DNA of 64,000 nucleotides from Nitrospirota bacterium (GTDB lineage Bacteria; Nitrospirota; Thermodesulfovibrionia; Thermodesulfovibrionales; JdFR-85): NCBI GenBank assembly GCA_035873375.1, contig JAYWMQ010000017.1, positions 728 to 64,727 of the forward strand, read 5' to 3'. Shown piece by piece: positions 27,392 to 36,932 of this stretch (position 1 is its first letter; each line of letters starts with the position of its first letter). The notes under the pieces were generated by a model. It saw only the letters and a program-made list of their open reading frames with translations, ran no database searches and was not told where the DNA came from. The position numbers and the translations under genes were made by a program.

Positions 27392-28954
27392 ATGAAGACC
27401 CTTATGGATAAAGAAAAAGAACTGATAGTCAGGAAGAACAGGGAACTGAGTGCTATCCTCGAAGTGAGCCGTGTCCTCACTGCTTCTTTTGACCTTGAAG
27501 AGAACCTCCGCGCTGCAATGAAAATACTCGGAAGCCTTCTCGAAATGCAGAGGGGATGTGTCTTTCTGCTCGACCCGCTTTCAGATGAACTGCGCATAGT
27601 GGCTGCTCATGGACTGACAAAAGAGGAAGTCAAGCGCGGTAAATACCGGATAGGTGAAGGAATAGTCGGCAGGGTCATAAAAACAGGCTCCCCCATGTTT
27701 ATACCTAACATTGGAGAAGAACCAAAGTTTCTGAACAGAACAGCATCAAGACCAAAAAAACACGGGGTCTCTTTCCTCTGTATTCCTATTGAACTGAAGG
27801 GCGAGATACTTGGGGTGATCAGTGCAGACAGGATATATGCTGAAGAACACGGCAGTGTGGATGACGACCTGAGGGTATTGAAAATAGTGGCATCACTGAT
27901 TGCCCAGTTTGTAAAACTCTGGGAAAACTACAGAAAGGCCGAACAGGAGAGGGAGTCTCTCAGGGTCCAGTTGAAGGAAAGGTACAGCCTGCCAAACATT
28001 ATCGGCGAATCCGAAAAGTTCCAGAGTGTGCTGAAGGCCGTGATGAAGGTTGCCGGTACAGATACAACCGTCCTGCTTTTGGGTGAGAGCGGAACAGGAA
28101 AGGAACTGATTGCAAGAACGCTTCATTATCAGAGCCACCGTGCAAAAGGTCCTTATGTTGCTGTAAACTGTGCAGCCCTGCCTGACAATCTCCTTGAGGT
28201 CGAACTCTTTGGTGTGGAGAAAGGGGCTTTTACGGGAGCAACAACGAGCAGGACAGGCAGGTTTGAGCTTGCTGGCGGAGGAAGTATATTCCTCGATGAA
28301 ATAGGCGAGATTCCTTTAGGGCTCCAGGCAAAACTGCTAAGGGTGCTGCAGGAACGCACGTTTGAGCGTGTCGGCTCTTCCAGGTCCAGAAAGGCTGATG
28401 TAAGGGTTATTTCTGCTACCAACAAAAACCTGCTGGAAGAGGTCAAGCAGGGAAATTTCAGGGAAGACCTTTACTGGAGATTAAATGTGGTTCCCATTGT
28501 CCTTCCGTCCCTGAGAGAGAGAAAACGGGATGTTCCCTTGCTTCTGAACTATTATCTGGACAAGTTCAACAAAACCTATAATAAACGGGTGCTGATTTCA
28601 GAAGATGCGCTTTCTATCTTCAGTGATTACTCCTGGCCGGGTAATGTAAGGGAGCTTGCCAACACAGTGGAACGGCTTGTCATAATGACGGAAAAAGATA
28701 TAATTGTACCGGAAGACCTCCCGTTTAATCTTGCATCTACCGATACACGAATCTCCACAAAGAAAAACTCCTGTTTTTACGAAGAGCATACCCTTGGTCA
28801 CGAGGTTCAGAACCTTGAACGCGAGAGAATTATACGGGCATTAATGGAACACAATTATATTCAGCACAGGGCTGCAAGGGCACTTGGCATTACCCCCAGA
28901 CAGCTTGGTTACAGAATAAAAAAGTATGGAATTGAACTGCAGAACCTGAAATAA
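27392..28954 (+). CDS. GAF-domain sigma54-dependent transcriptional activator (NifA/NtrC-like architecture: GAF, AAA+, Fis HTH)
   Basis: 520 aa. It has a GAF region, [14 protein letters not shown], and a C-terminal [24 protein letters not shown]. It lies next to PII/amt genes. Confidence 0.9.
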   Translation: MKTLMDKEKELIVRKNRELSAILEVSRVLTASFDLEENLRAAMKILGSLLEMQRGCVFLLDPLSDELRIVAAHGLTKEEVKRGKYRIGEGIVGRVIKTGSPMFIPNIGEEPKFLNRTASRPKKHGVSFLCIPIELKGEILGVISADRIYAEEHGSVDDDLRVLKIVASLIAQFVKLWENYRKAEQERESLRVQLKERYSLPNIIGESEKFQSVLKAVMKVAGTDTTVLLLGESGTGKELIARTLHYQSHRAKGPYVAVNCAALPDNLLEVELFGVEKGAFTGATTSRTGRFELAGGGSIFLDEIGEIPLGLQAKLLRVLQERTFERVGSSRSRKADVRVISATNKNLLEEVKQGNFREDLYWRLNVVPIVLPSLRERKRDVPLLLNYYLDKFNKTYNKRVLISEDALSIFSDYSWPGNVRELANTVERLVIMTEKDIIVPEDLPFNLASTDTRISTKKNSCFYEEHTLGHEVQNLERERIIRALMEHNYIQHRAARALGITPRQLGYRIKKYGIELQNLK

Positions 28955-28986
28955 AGGAAGGGGGGCTGACCAGCCCCCCTTCCTTT
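28953..28986. terminator. bidirectional hairpin terminator between the regulator and glnB
   Basis: A perfect 15-bp stem, AAAGGAAGGGGGGCT / AGCCCCCCTTCCTTT, with a 4-nt loop, between convergent stops. Confidence 0.7.
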
Positions 28987-28990
28987 AAAG

Positions 28991-29359
<369 letters not shown>

Positions 29360-29362
29360 TCA

Positions 29363-30760
29363 TCATGACTTTAAACCCTTTGCAGATGGATGAATCTGAA
29401 AGTCAGGATAAGCCTCAATACCGTGCTCTCCAACATCAAGACCTTCAAGTTCTTCTTCAGCGCTTACCCTTATGCCGATAGTCACCTTAATCAACTTGAA
29501 CAGGATAAATGCCGTTGGAAATACCCACAGGAATGCAGCCCCTATACCAATAAGCTGTACCCCAAGTATCTTTAAGGTAACACCCTCGGCATTGAATAGT
29601 CCAGCAGCAAATGTGCCCCACGCACCACAGACTCCATGAACAGAGACTGCACCGACAGGGTCATCAACCTTCAGTACCTGGTCTACGAAGACCACCGAGA
29701 GGACGACTATAAATCCGGCAATGAGGCCTATCAGTATGGCACTGCCCGGAAGGACATTGGCACAGCCTGCAGTGATACCCACAAGACCGGCAAGGGCACC
29801 GTTTAACGTCATGGTTGCCTCAGGCTTCTTGAACATTATCCATGACATCAGCATTGCACCCACTGAGCCGGCAGCAGCAGCCAGAGTTGTATTGACCGCT
29901 ATTAAAGCTATATCCTTGGTGGCAGTGGTGGTACTGCCGGCGTTAAACCCATACCAGCCAAACCAGAGGATAAAGACACCCAGTGCGCCGAGTGCGATAT
30001 TGTGGCCGGGGATGGCCTTGGTCTTCCCATCAACATATTTTCCGATTCTGGGACCCAGGACAATGGCCCCTGCAAGGGCAGCCCATCCGCCCACGGAGTG
30101 GACAACAGTAGAGCCTGCAAAGTCAATAAAGCCAAGTCCTTCGAGCCAGCCGTTACCCTTGTAGAGACTGCCCCATGCCCATGAACCAAATACCGGATAG
30201 ATCAGGCCGCTTATCACTACTGAGTATGCGAGGTAGGCCACAAACTTTGTCCGCTCTGCCATGGCTCCCGAGACAATAGTGGCTGCAGTGGCGGCAAATA
30301 CCACCTGAAACATCCAGAAAGCAAGTGTCCACGGGTCCTTGTCCTGCGCAAAATCACTCAGAAAAAAGCCTGTGGTTCCAAACCAGCCTGTTGTGGTAAC
30401 TCCGAACATTATTGCAAAACCGACCGCCCAGTATGCAAGTGCACCCATGGACATATCCATCAGGTTCTTCATCAGGATATTTACGGTATTCTTTGCCCGC
30501 GTAAAACCGGTCTCCACCATGGCAAATCCCGCCTGCATGAAAAAGACCAGAAACGCAGCTATCAGGGTCCAGACAAAGTCTGCGTTTGTCTGCACTTCAG
30601 CTGCCGTTATCACCGCTTCCTCAGTTGCCGGTTGAGCAGTCACCGACTGCTCAACCACGACAACTTCAGGAGGGTTGGAACTCCCCTGTTCTTCAGCAAA
30701 CAAAATGCCTGCCGAAGACAACAGTAGGGCTATTATCATTACAACTAAAAATCGTTTCAT
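29363..30760 (-). CDS. amt: ammonium transporter Amt (copy 1, with signal peptide)
   Basis: 465 aa. Multi-TM, with DFAGSTVVH and the twin-His Amt motifs. Confidence 0.95.
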   Translation of the reverse strand: MKRFLVVMIIALLLSSAGILFAEEQGSSNPPEVVVVEQSVTAQPATEEAVITAAEVQTNADFVWTLIAAFLVFFMQAGFAMVETGFTRAKNTVNILMKNLMDMSMGALAYWAVGFAIMFGVTTTGWFGTTGFFLSDFAQDKDPWTLAFWMFQVVFAATAATIVSGAMAERTKFVAYLAYSVVISGLIYPVFGSWAWGSLYKGNGWLEGLGFIDFAGSTVVHSVGGWAALAGAIVLGPRIGKYVDGKTKAIPGHNIALGALGVFILWFGWYGFNAGSTTTATKDIALIAVNTTLAAAAGSVGAMLMSWIMFKKPEATMTLNGALAGLVGITAGCANVLPGSAILIGLIAGFIVVLSVVFVDQVLKVDDPVGAVSVHGVCGAWGTFAAGLFNAEGVTLKILGVQLIGIGAAFLWVFPTAFILFKLIKVTIGIRVSAEEELEGLDVGEHGIEAYPDFQIHPSAKGLKS

Positions 30761-30809
30761 TTATTGCCTCCAGAGCTCCAGTTTTAAAATCAAGACTCTC
30801 TGCTCTTAT

Positions 30810-31526
30810 TTAAAAATCTATATCCAACTGTAGTGTTGCAGTTGGTTTGTAGCTGCTTTCGTTATAAATGTCATAGCCGACAATCACTCCAACGTTTGGG
30901 GCGAACTTCCAAGCAACTCCAAAACTCAGTGCACCGTAACCATTGTCCCCGCCCTGATAGTCTATAGCGGCCCAGAGTTTGTCTGATACCTCGGAAATCG
31001 TCCTGTCCCATGAGAGTAAAACGCCGGTATTGTCCTTATCGCCATTGATGTCAACCAGTACCTTATCATTACCGACGTAGTAGCCTGCAGAGAGCCTTCC
31101 GATCTTGTCAAAGCTCTTTGCTACAAGACCATAATATATGTTGGAGTCAGAGACATCCTTTTCTGTACCAAAATCATAACCACCGACAGCAAGTGCAGGG
31201 GCTCCTTTGAAAAGTATCCCTTCCGGTACGCCAAGCTTTGCATTGAACAACATGGGAGAATCATGCGCTCCATCCATGTCCCTGTAATCGATCCCGGCTT
31301 CCATCTGAATTTTCTCAAATGGTAACACGCCGACAGTCAATCCAATGTTTGTCACTATTCCGTTTCCCTCTGTTCCAATATACGAATCAAAACCGTAATG
31401 AGGCGTTTTGTACGGCTGAATATCCGTTGAGGGAATCCATATCTGTGTAGATGGTGTGGCATTGGCAATGCCGGAAAATAAAACTAAAGCCACAATGCTT
31501 ACAGCTAATATCCTGAGAGTCTTCAT
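30810..31526 (-). CDS. outer-membrane beta-barrel / porin-like protein encoded upstream of amt
   Basis: 238 aa. Signal peptide (ANA-TP), alternating strands, and a C-terminal ...LDIDF. Confidence 0.65.
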   Translation of the reverse strand: MKTLRILAVSIVALVLFSGIANATPSTQIWIPSTDIQPYKTPHYGFDSYIGTEGNGIVTNIGLTVGVLPFEKIQMEAGIDYRDMDGAHDSPMLFNAKLGVPEGILFKGAPALAVGGYDFGTEKDVSDSNIYYGLVAKSFDKIGRLSAGYYVGNDKVLVDINGDKDNTGVLLSWDRTISEVSDKLWAAIDYQGGDNGYGALSFGVAWKFAPNVGVIVGYDIYNESSYKPTATLQLDIDF

Positions 31527-31660
31527 GCTATCCTCCTATAATCTTTTTTTTTAAATTTTTTTTCATTATGCCTTTTACATCCTGTCCTTTACACAAAAAG
31601 CTCACAAAAGTCCTTCTACACATCACCTCCTTGAATATTGTTGAACAGGCCCCAGGGGTC

Positions 31661-31855
31661 CTATCTCTCAAGGGAAGTCCCCTCCGCCTTTCCCATTCCT
31701 GCCTTAATGCCGTATTTTCTGATCTTATAGCCTATCATCCTCTCCGTAATTCCAAGGGTCCTTGCTGCCTTTGCCTTGACCCAGTTACTCTCCCTGAGGG
31801 CATTGAGTATCTCCCCCCGCTCCAGGTCTTCAATTTTGTGTTTCAGGGAATCCAT
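31661..31855 (-). CDS. stand-alone Fis-type HTH protein (isolated DNA-binding domain of a sigma54 activator)
   Basis: 64 aa. LERGEILNALRESNWVKAKAARTLGITERMIGYKIRKYGI closely parallels the C-terminus of the GAF activator ([40 protein letters not shown]). GAGGTGA RBS. Confidence 0.75.
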   Translation of the reverse strand: MDSLKHKIEDLERGEILNALRESNWVKAKAARTLGITERMIGYKIRKYGIKAGMGKAEGTSLER

Positions 31856-31892
31856 TGCTTCTCACCTCATAAATACAATTAGTTAATACTAT

Positions 31893-31909
31893 AGCTAAAA
31901 CCGTGCCAC
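31893..31909 (-). promoter_or_regulatory. sigma54 (-24/-12) promoter candidate
   Basis: Reverse strand reads GGTGGCAC-GGTTT-TAGCT. GG/GC are at canonical spacing with one mismatch in the -12 TTGC. It lies ~40 nt upstream of the ATG at 31855. Confidence 0.6.
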
Positions 31910-31954
31910 CTGATAACCTGTTGATTTATTTGACTTTTAACTTTCAATGCAACC

Positions 31955-31986
31955 ATACAAAATTGTATGGGACTACAATTTTGTTA
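31955..31986. promoter_or_regulatory. two TACA-N4-TGTA palindromes (putative upstream activator sites)
   Basis: ATACAAAATTGTAT (31955-31968) and CTACAATTTTGTTA (31973-31986) lie 45-90 bp upstream of the -24 element. Confidence 0.45.
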
Positions 31987-32095
31987 TTATCGTACGTTTT
32001 TGTTTGCTTCTCAATGCTGTCAACCACGCAGCTGACTTATCACTATTTTTTAATAGCCTGGCAAGACGGGCTGGCGACTTGATATAATCAACCCC

Positions 32096-33658
32096 ATGAC
32101 AGAAAGCAGGAAGATTGCAAGGTCAGCCTCCCTTATCTCCTTTGCTACCTTTATCAGCCGTATCCTCGGATTTGTCAGAGATGTGGTAATAGCAGGGTTT
32201 TTCGGTGCAACCGGGCTTTCAGACACCTTTTTTGTGGCCTTCCGCATCCCCAATCTCTTGAGGGAGCTGTTTGCCGAGGGCTCAATGTCGTCAGCCTTTA
32301 TCCCGGTGCTTACAGAGACCAAGATAAAAAAAGGAGAGGAAGAGGCTCGGAGGCTTGCGAAAATAACCTTCACATTCATACTTATTGTTGTTGGATCAAT
32401 ATGCGTTGCAGGGATTATCTTTGCCCCGGTAATAGTCAGAATCATAGCCCCGGGGTTTACCCAACCTGAGCAGTTAGCCACCACAGTGCTTTTGACAAGG
32501 ATAATGTTTCCCTTCCTCCTGTTTGTCAGCCTTGCAGCCCTGACAATGGGTGTCCTTAATGTAGAGAGGGTATTTTTTATACCCGCCCTTTCATCTGCAT
32601 GGTTTAATATAGCGATTATCTTTACAATAATCCTGCTGTCATCCCATCTCAGCAGGCCGATCCTCGCTGTTGCCATTGGGGTCACAGTGGGGGGGATCGT
32701 ACAGTATGCCACCCAGATACCCTTGTATCTGAGAAAGGGCTACACCTATGGGATAGATACCAACTTCAGGAACGAAGGGCTCAAAAGGATGGCGGTACTG
32801 GTGCTTCCGTTAACCCTCGGCCTTGCAGTATCACAGATCAATATATTCGTGAGCACTATCCTCGCATCCTTTCTGCCGCAGGGAAGCATCGCCTACCTCT
32901 ATTACTCCATGCGTCTCATTCAGTTTCCCGTGGGGATATTCGGGGTTGCCATGGGAATGGCTGCCCTGCCGGCGCTCTCATCACATGCTGCCAAGGGTGA
33001 TATGGAATCACTGGGAAAGGATTTTTCCTCTACCCTCAGGCTCCTCTTCTTTATAACCGTTCCGTCAATGGTGGGGCTGATCGCCCTGAGATATCCAATC
33101 GTAAATCTCCTCTTTCAGCGGGGAGAGTTTGACTACACTGCTACAAGAGGCACTGCCTTTGCCCTTGTCTTTTATTCTCTGGGCATATGGTCCATGGTGG
33201 GGGTAAGGGTTGTGGTTGCGGCATTCTATTCAATGCAGGATACCCGGACTCCGGTAAAGGTGGCCCTGCTCTCCCTGGCAACGAATATCATCCTGAGCCT
33301 CCTGCTCATGGGACCGCTGAAGCACGGAGGGCTTGCACTTGCAAACTCCGTATCATCAGGTGTCAACTTCTCCCTCCTCTTCTACCTCCTCAACAGGAAG
33401 ATAGTGAGTGTGGAGTACAGGAGGGTTTTGACCTCTTTCCTGAAGACCCTCATTGCCTCAATCATAATGGGCCTCGCAGCATGGTCAATACTGCATGGCC
33501 CCCTCTGGAGGGGCAGCGGAGAGGTGCTTAAAAAGAGCCTTTACCTTGGCGGAACCATCCTATTATGTGCAGGTCTCTACTTCCTCCTTGCCCTGATACT
33601 GAAAAGCGAAGAGGTCAAAACACTTTTTAATATGTTCAGGAGGAGCCGCAAAGCCTAA
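32096..33658 (+). CDS. murJ: lipid II flippase MurJ
   Basis: 520 aa. SRILGFVRDVVIAGFFGA start, 14-TM profile, and RIPNLLRELFAEG motif. Confidence 0.93.
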   Translation: MTESRKIARSASLISFATFISRILGFVRDVVIAGFFGATGLSDTFFVAFRIPNLLRELFAEGSMSSAFIPVLTETKIKKGEEEARRLAKITFTFILIVVGSICVAGIIFAPVIVRIIAPGFTQPEQLATTVLLTRIMFPFLLFVSLAALTMGVLNVERVFFIPALSSAWFNIAIIFTIILLSSHLSRPILAVAIGVTVGGIVQYATQIPLYLRKGYTYGIDTNFRNEGLKRMAVLVLPLTLGLAVSQINIFVSTILASFLPQGSIAYLYYSMRLIQFPVGIFGVAMGMAALPALSSHAAKGDMESLGKDFSSTLRLLFFITVPSMVGLIALRYPIVNLLFQRGEFDYTATRGTAFALVFYSLGIWSMVGVRVVVAAFYSMQDTRTPVKVALLSLATNIILSLLLMGPLKHGGLALANSVSSGVNFSLLFYLLNRKIVSVEYRRVLTSFLKTLIASIIMGLAAWSILHGPLWRGSGEVLKKSLYLGGTILLCAGLYFLLALILKSEEVKTLFNMFRRSRKA

Positions 33659-33665
33659 AAGGGGA

Positions 33666-34663
33666 GGGGTCAGGTCTCAACATTCAACATAACTAACTGT
33701 CTTTACTTGTCTTTCCTATCTTGTCTTCATACCTTTTACATGCCTGAGATACTGCAGCATAGTCCATTCGAAACATCTCGCCTATCTCTTTGAGGCTCAG
33801 TGATGTATATCTCTTCAGCAGGTAAAGCGCCATCTGACGATACATATTTCCACGTTTCTTGCTGAATATCTCTTCACGGCTGATCGAAAGTTCCCCCATG
33901 ACGTGCTGAATAATCTCCTCCGGCGTATATGCTTCTGCTTCTCTTGTCTCAGATATCTCTCTTTTACGCCCAACGGACTGAATCTTTTCTTTAACTGTTT
34001 CTATAAACCTTCCCTTACCAAGGACAATGCCCTTATATGAGTCCTTCAGAGGATTTTCCATATAAAGATTTTTAAGCACATAGTTTTCATACTTCTTTTG
34101 TGCCCTGCGGGGGTCTTTATCAAACTGTTTAAGGATAAACTCGGTATCAAGCCGTGCTACAGGCCTCCTTTTCCCGATATATTCAGGATAACTGCTCCAT
34201 CGGTATTCTTCGGGATTATTAACCATACCGGCCCGAACAGGATTTGCATGGATGTAGGCCGAGAGCTGAACTGCATAACTGTCTTCTTCAACTACAATTG
34301 ACTTGTATCTCCCCTGAAACACTACACCCACGACCTTATGCTTTGCCTTAAACCAGTTGGTATAGGAGGCATTCAGGTAGTGCATCCCCTCTGATATGTT
34401 GGCAAGCGGGGTCTTTATAAAAAGGTGATAATGATTATCCATCAGGCAATAGGCATAGCACACAAGGGAATATTTATCGCACGTCTCTCCTGTTTTATCA
34501 AGGAATATCCGCCTGTCATCATCACCATAAAAGATATTTTCCTTACGGTTTCCCCTTGCTGTTATATGATAAACAGCATTCTCAAAGGATAGTCTTAAAG
34601 GTCTTGCCATGGGTAAATCTTATCATTTACACCCCCTTATGTCAAATGTTGAGACCTGACCCC
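33666..34663. mobile_element. REPtron-like unit: an IS200/RayT-type gene bracketed by perfect 19-bp inverted repeats
   Basis: GGGGTCAGGTCTCAACATT (33666-33684) and AATGTTGAGACCTGACCCC (34645-34663) are exact reverse complements. Similarity extends about 8 bp further inward (CAACATAA / TTATGTCA). Confidence 0.55.
33693..34610 (-). CDS. IS200-like Y1 (HUH) transposase / RayT-like protein with C-terminal DnaA-C-like HTH
   Basis: 305 aa. YHITARGN, the HUH motif DNHYHLFI, the Tyr motif AYIHANPV, and a C-terminal LKEIGEMFRMDYAAVSQA HTH. Confidence 0.88.
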   Translation of the reverse strand: MARPLRLSFENAVYHITARGNRKENIFYGDDDRRIFLDKTGETCDKYSLVCYAYCLMDNHYHLFIKTPLANISEGMHYLNASYTNWFKAKHKVVGVVFQGRYKSIVVEEDSYAVQLSAYIHANPVRAGMVNNPEEYRWSSYPEYIGKRRPVARLDTEFILKQFDKDPRRAQKKYENYVLKNLYMENPLKDSYKGIVLGKGRFIETVKEKIQSVGRKREISETREAEAYTPEEIIQHVMGELSISREEIFSKKRGNMYRQMALYLLKRYTSLSLKEIGEMFRMDYAAVSQACKRYEDKIGKTSKDS

Positions 34664-34725
34664 TTTCCTTCCCTGGCCTGTTCCGGTATAATCAGATTAA
34701 GGACGCAAAACAGCGTTGGCTACCC

Positions 34726-35025
34726 GTGAAGACGAGAAAAATAACTGAAATTATATGCAGGAGATACTGCAGGTATTATAAGGAAGGGAAAGAGGACCTC
34801 CTCTGCGGGACTTACAGGTTTTTGGCAGAGAGATACTCAACCGGGGAGTTGGAGAGGGTACCGGAGGAGATTACACCTGACTTTTCAGGGGACGCCTATA
34901 TACTGGAGGAGATATGCAGGAGGTGTGAGTTTTTCGCTGATGGCTGTGACTTCAGGGGAGGCAATCCCGGCCCTCCGTGCGGGGGGTATTATATAGTGGA
35001 ATGGCTAAGAAAAGAGTCCGGATAG
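34726..35025 (+). CDS. Cys-rich 99-aa hypothetical protein
   Basis: GTG start, no clear RBS. Eight Cys (CRRYCRYY...LLCG...CRRCEFFADGCDF...PPCGG). Its 3' end overlaps the convergent nth-like gene by 21 nt. Confidence 0.45.
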   Translation: MKTRKITEIICRRYCRYYKEGKEDLLCGTYRFLAERYSTGELERVPEEITPDFSGDAYILEEICRRCEFFADGCDFRGGNPGPPCGGYYIVEWLRKESG

Positions 35026-35634
35026 CGGACACCCCTCACAGCGGGGCCCTGGTTTGCAGAAATCCTTGCCCAGCCTTACAAGGAGTGCATGATACTCGTT
35101 GAACAACTGCACATCACGGGGCAGGGCGGCATGAAAAAGTTCCTGAAATCTCTCATAGGACTCTGAGCCGTCCATAATCCCATGTCTTGAAAGCACCCTC
35201 TTTGTATAGGCATCTATAACGAAAACCGGCCTTTCAAGGGCGTAGAGGAGCATGGAGTCAGCGGTCTCGGGCCCAATGCCGTTAACACTCAGCAGCTGAC
35301 GCCTCAGGGTTTCGGTATCAACCTTTCTCATCTTCGAAACCCTTCCCGAATAGTGCTTGATAAAGAACTCAATAAAGGCCTTCAACCTCTTGGCCTTAAC
35401 ATTAAAATACCCTGCAGGCCGGATCAGTTCGGCAAGCCTCTCTTGGCTCATCTCATGGATGGCCGCAGGTGTCAGGGCCCCTGCCCGCTTCAGGTTCTCT
35501 ATTGCGCGCTCCACATTTCCCCAGTTAGTGTTCTGGGTAAGTATTGCCCCCACCATCACCTCAAAAGGGCCGTCACCCGGCCACCAGTGCTGACGGCCAA
35601 AGGTTGAGAAGAGCCTTGAGTAGATATCCATCAA
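35005..35634 (-). CDS. endonuclease III-family HhH-GPD DNA glycosylase-like protein
   Basis: 209 aa. HhH (LLSVNGIGPETAD) and a C-terminal Cys cluster CKPGPRCEGCPL. Confidence 0.85.
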   Translation of the reverse strand: MMDIYSRLFSTFGRQHWWPGDGPFEVMVGAILTQNTNWGNVERAIENLKRAGALTPAAIHEMSQERLAELIRPAGYFNVKAKRLKAFIEFFIKHYSGRVSKMRKVDTETLRRQLLSVNGIGPETADSMLLYALERPVFVIDAYTKRVLSRHGIMDGSESYERFQELFHAALPRDVQLFNEYHALLVRLGKDFCKPGPRCEGCPLSGLFS

Positions 35635-35657
35635 CAGGTTGTCCTTAGGGTGTGGTA

Positions 35658-36932
35658 TCAGCAGGTGGAAACCTCCTGCATTAATTCGCCAACTATCCTG
35701 AAGTACTCTTTTTCACAGTTTTCCTCTATTTCCTTCATCCTCTGAAAGGGCCGGTTAAAATCCTCTTCTGCTGCTGTAAAGATACCATGTCCGTATACAA
35801 TGGCAGCGTCTGATTCCTTAAATGCCTCTGGAACGGTTCTGACCATGCCTGTTGGACCGGTTCCTACTTCACCAGGAACAACCGGCACACCGCAGACATA
35901 CCTTTTTTCAGGACATGCCTTGTAGCACTGCCCCCGCAAGTGACACTCCTTGAGACAGTGCATGGACATAATAACAGAGAACTTCGGGTGACCATGCAGT
36001 ATGAAGCGGAATGGGGTCATCCGGTATATGGCCCTGTGGGTTGCAAACTCGGATGAGGAGGTTATTCCGACGGATGAGGAGCCGTCAACAGGCACGGCAT
36101 CTATACAGCCCTCAAGCTCGTCAAGGGAGGCAGCGGTTTCACTGATATATATTCTGCTGTCAAAATAAGAGGACATATTTCCGAAGAAGGAATCCACCAG
36201 CCTTTCCGTCACAAGTCTTTTGCCTGCCTCTACCATCATTGAATATACCATGGCTTCGTCTTCCGGCGGGCCTTTGAGCAATTGATGAAGACTTCCGCTA
36301 TCTTCAAGGCCTGCCTGCTGTGGATACAAAAAAGCCTTTATCCTGTCAAACCCGTTGATTCTTTCCCTGTCCGGTTTCAGATTATTTTTTTTGCAGGTTT
36401 CAAGATAGATCAGGTGGTCATGGAAGTATTTAACAAAGGTGGAGAAGCAGGCCGAGCTGTATGAGATAAATGCCTGCTCCGGAGAGATGGTCCCGTAGCT
36501 TACAATGGCGGTCCCGGTCTCAACAACGGCTGACTTCCTCTCTGAAAGGACATGGGCTATCTTCTGCGGGTCCGGAGAATCTATCACCGGTATATCATGA
36601 AAAAATGTCCTTGTCTCACAATCCTCAGGGATAATGGCCCTGTAGTCCGGGAGTTCGGACAGACCGTACCTGAGCAGGGCCCTGATGATGCTTCTGCGGG
36701 GTTCTTCCGGAACTGCAAAGAGCAGGGAATTGATATTCATCAGACCAAAAACCTCTTTCAGGGCCTGAAGGCTGATGAAGTGAAGGTCTGAGGTAGTGTT
36801 TGAGTATATCTCCTCATCTATGGCAAGGGAGAGTATTTCAGACCCTTTGGCAAGCCCCTGTGAAACGAGCTTGTCGGCATATTTGTCAATCAGCTCTTTC
36901 ATCTTCTTCTGTAACTCTCCCCTCCTCGTCAT
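35658..36932 (-). CDS. class II aldolase/adducin-domain protein with an unknown N-terminal half and a Cys-rich insert
   Basis: The C-terminal half has HGHPKF...YGHGIFT aldolase-II-like metal motifs and CLKECHLRGQCYKACPEKRYVCG. The start is ambiguous (36971, 36932 or 36902) because it overlaps the AOR 3' end. Confidence 0.6.
   Translation of the reverse strand: MTRRGELQKKMKELIDKYADKLVSQGLAKGSEILSLAIDEEIYSNTTSDLHFISLQALKEVFGLMNINSLLFAVPEEPRRSIIRALLRYGLSELPDYRAIIPEDCETRTFFHDIPVIDSPDPQKIAHVLSERKSAVVETGTAIVSYGTISPEQAFISYSSACFSTFVKYFHDHLIYLETCKKNNLKPDRERINGFDRIKAFLYPQQAGLEDSGSLHQLLKGPPEDEAMVYSMMVEAGKRLVTERLVDSFFGNMSSYFDSRIYISETAASLDELEGCIDAVPVDGSSSVGITSSSEFATHRAIYRMTPFRFILHGHPKFSVIMSMHCLKECHLRGQCYKACPEKRYVCGVPVVPGEVGTGPTGMVRTVPEAFKESDAAIVYGHGIFTAAEEDFNRPFQRMKEIEENCEKEYFRIVGELMQEVSTC

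Noticed and set aside
32050-32712. Long antisense and shadow ORFs in the track (e.g. 32050-32712 in murJ, 7961-8659 in aconitase, 25871-26605 in glgP, 51259-51825 and 55745-56326, 20285-20770, 38742-39248)
   Set aside because: Each lies entirely within or opposite a confidently identified gene. They have low-complexity or Pro/Ser/Arg-rich composition typical of off-frame translation and no RBS.
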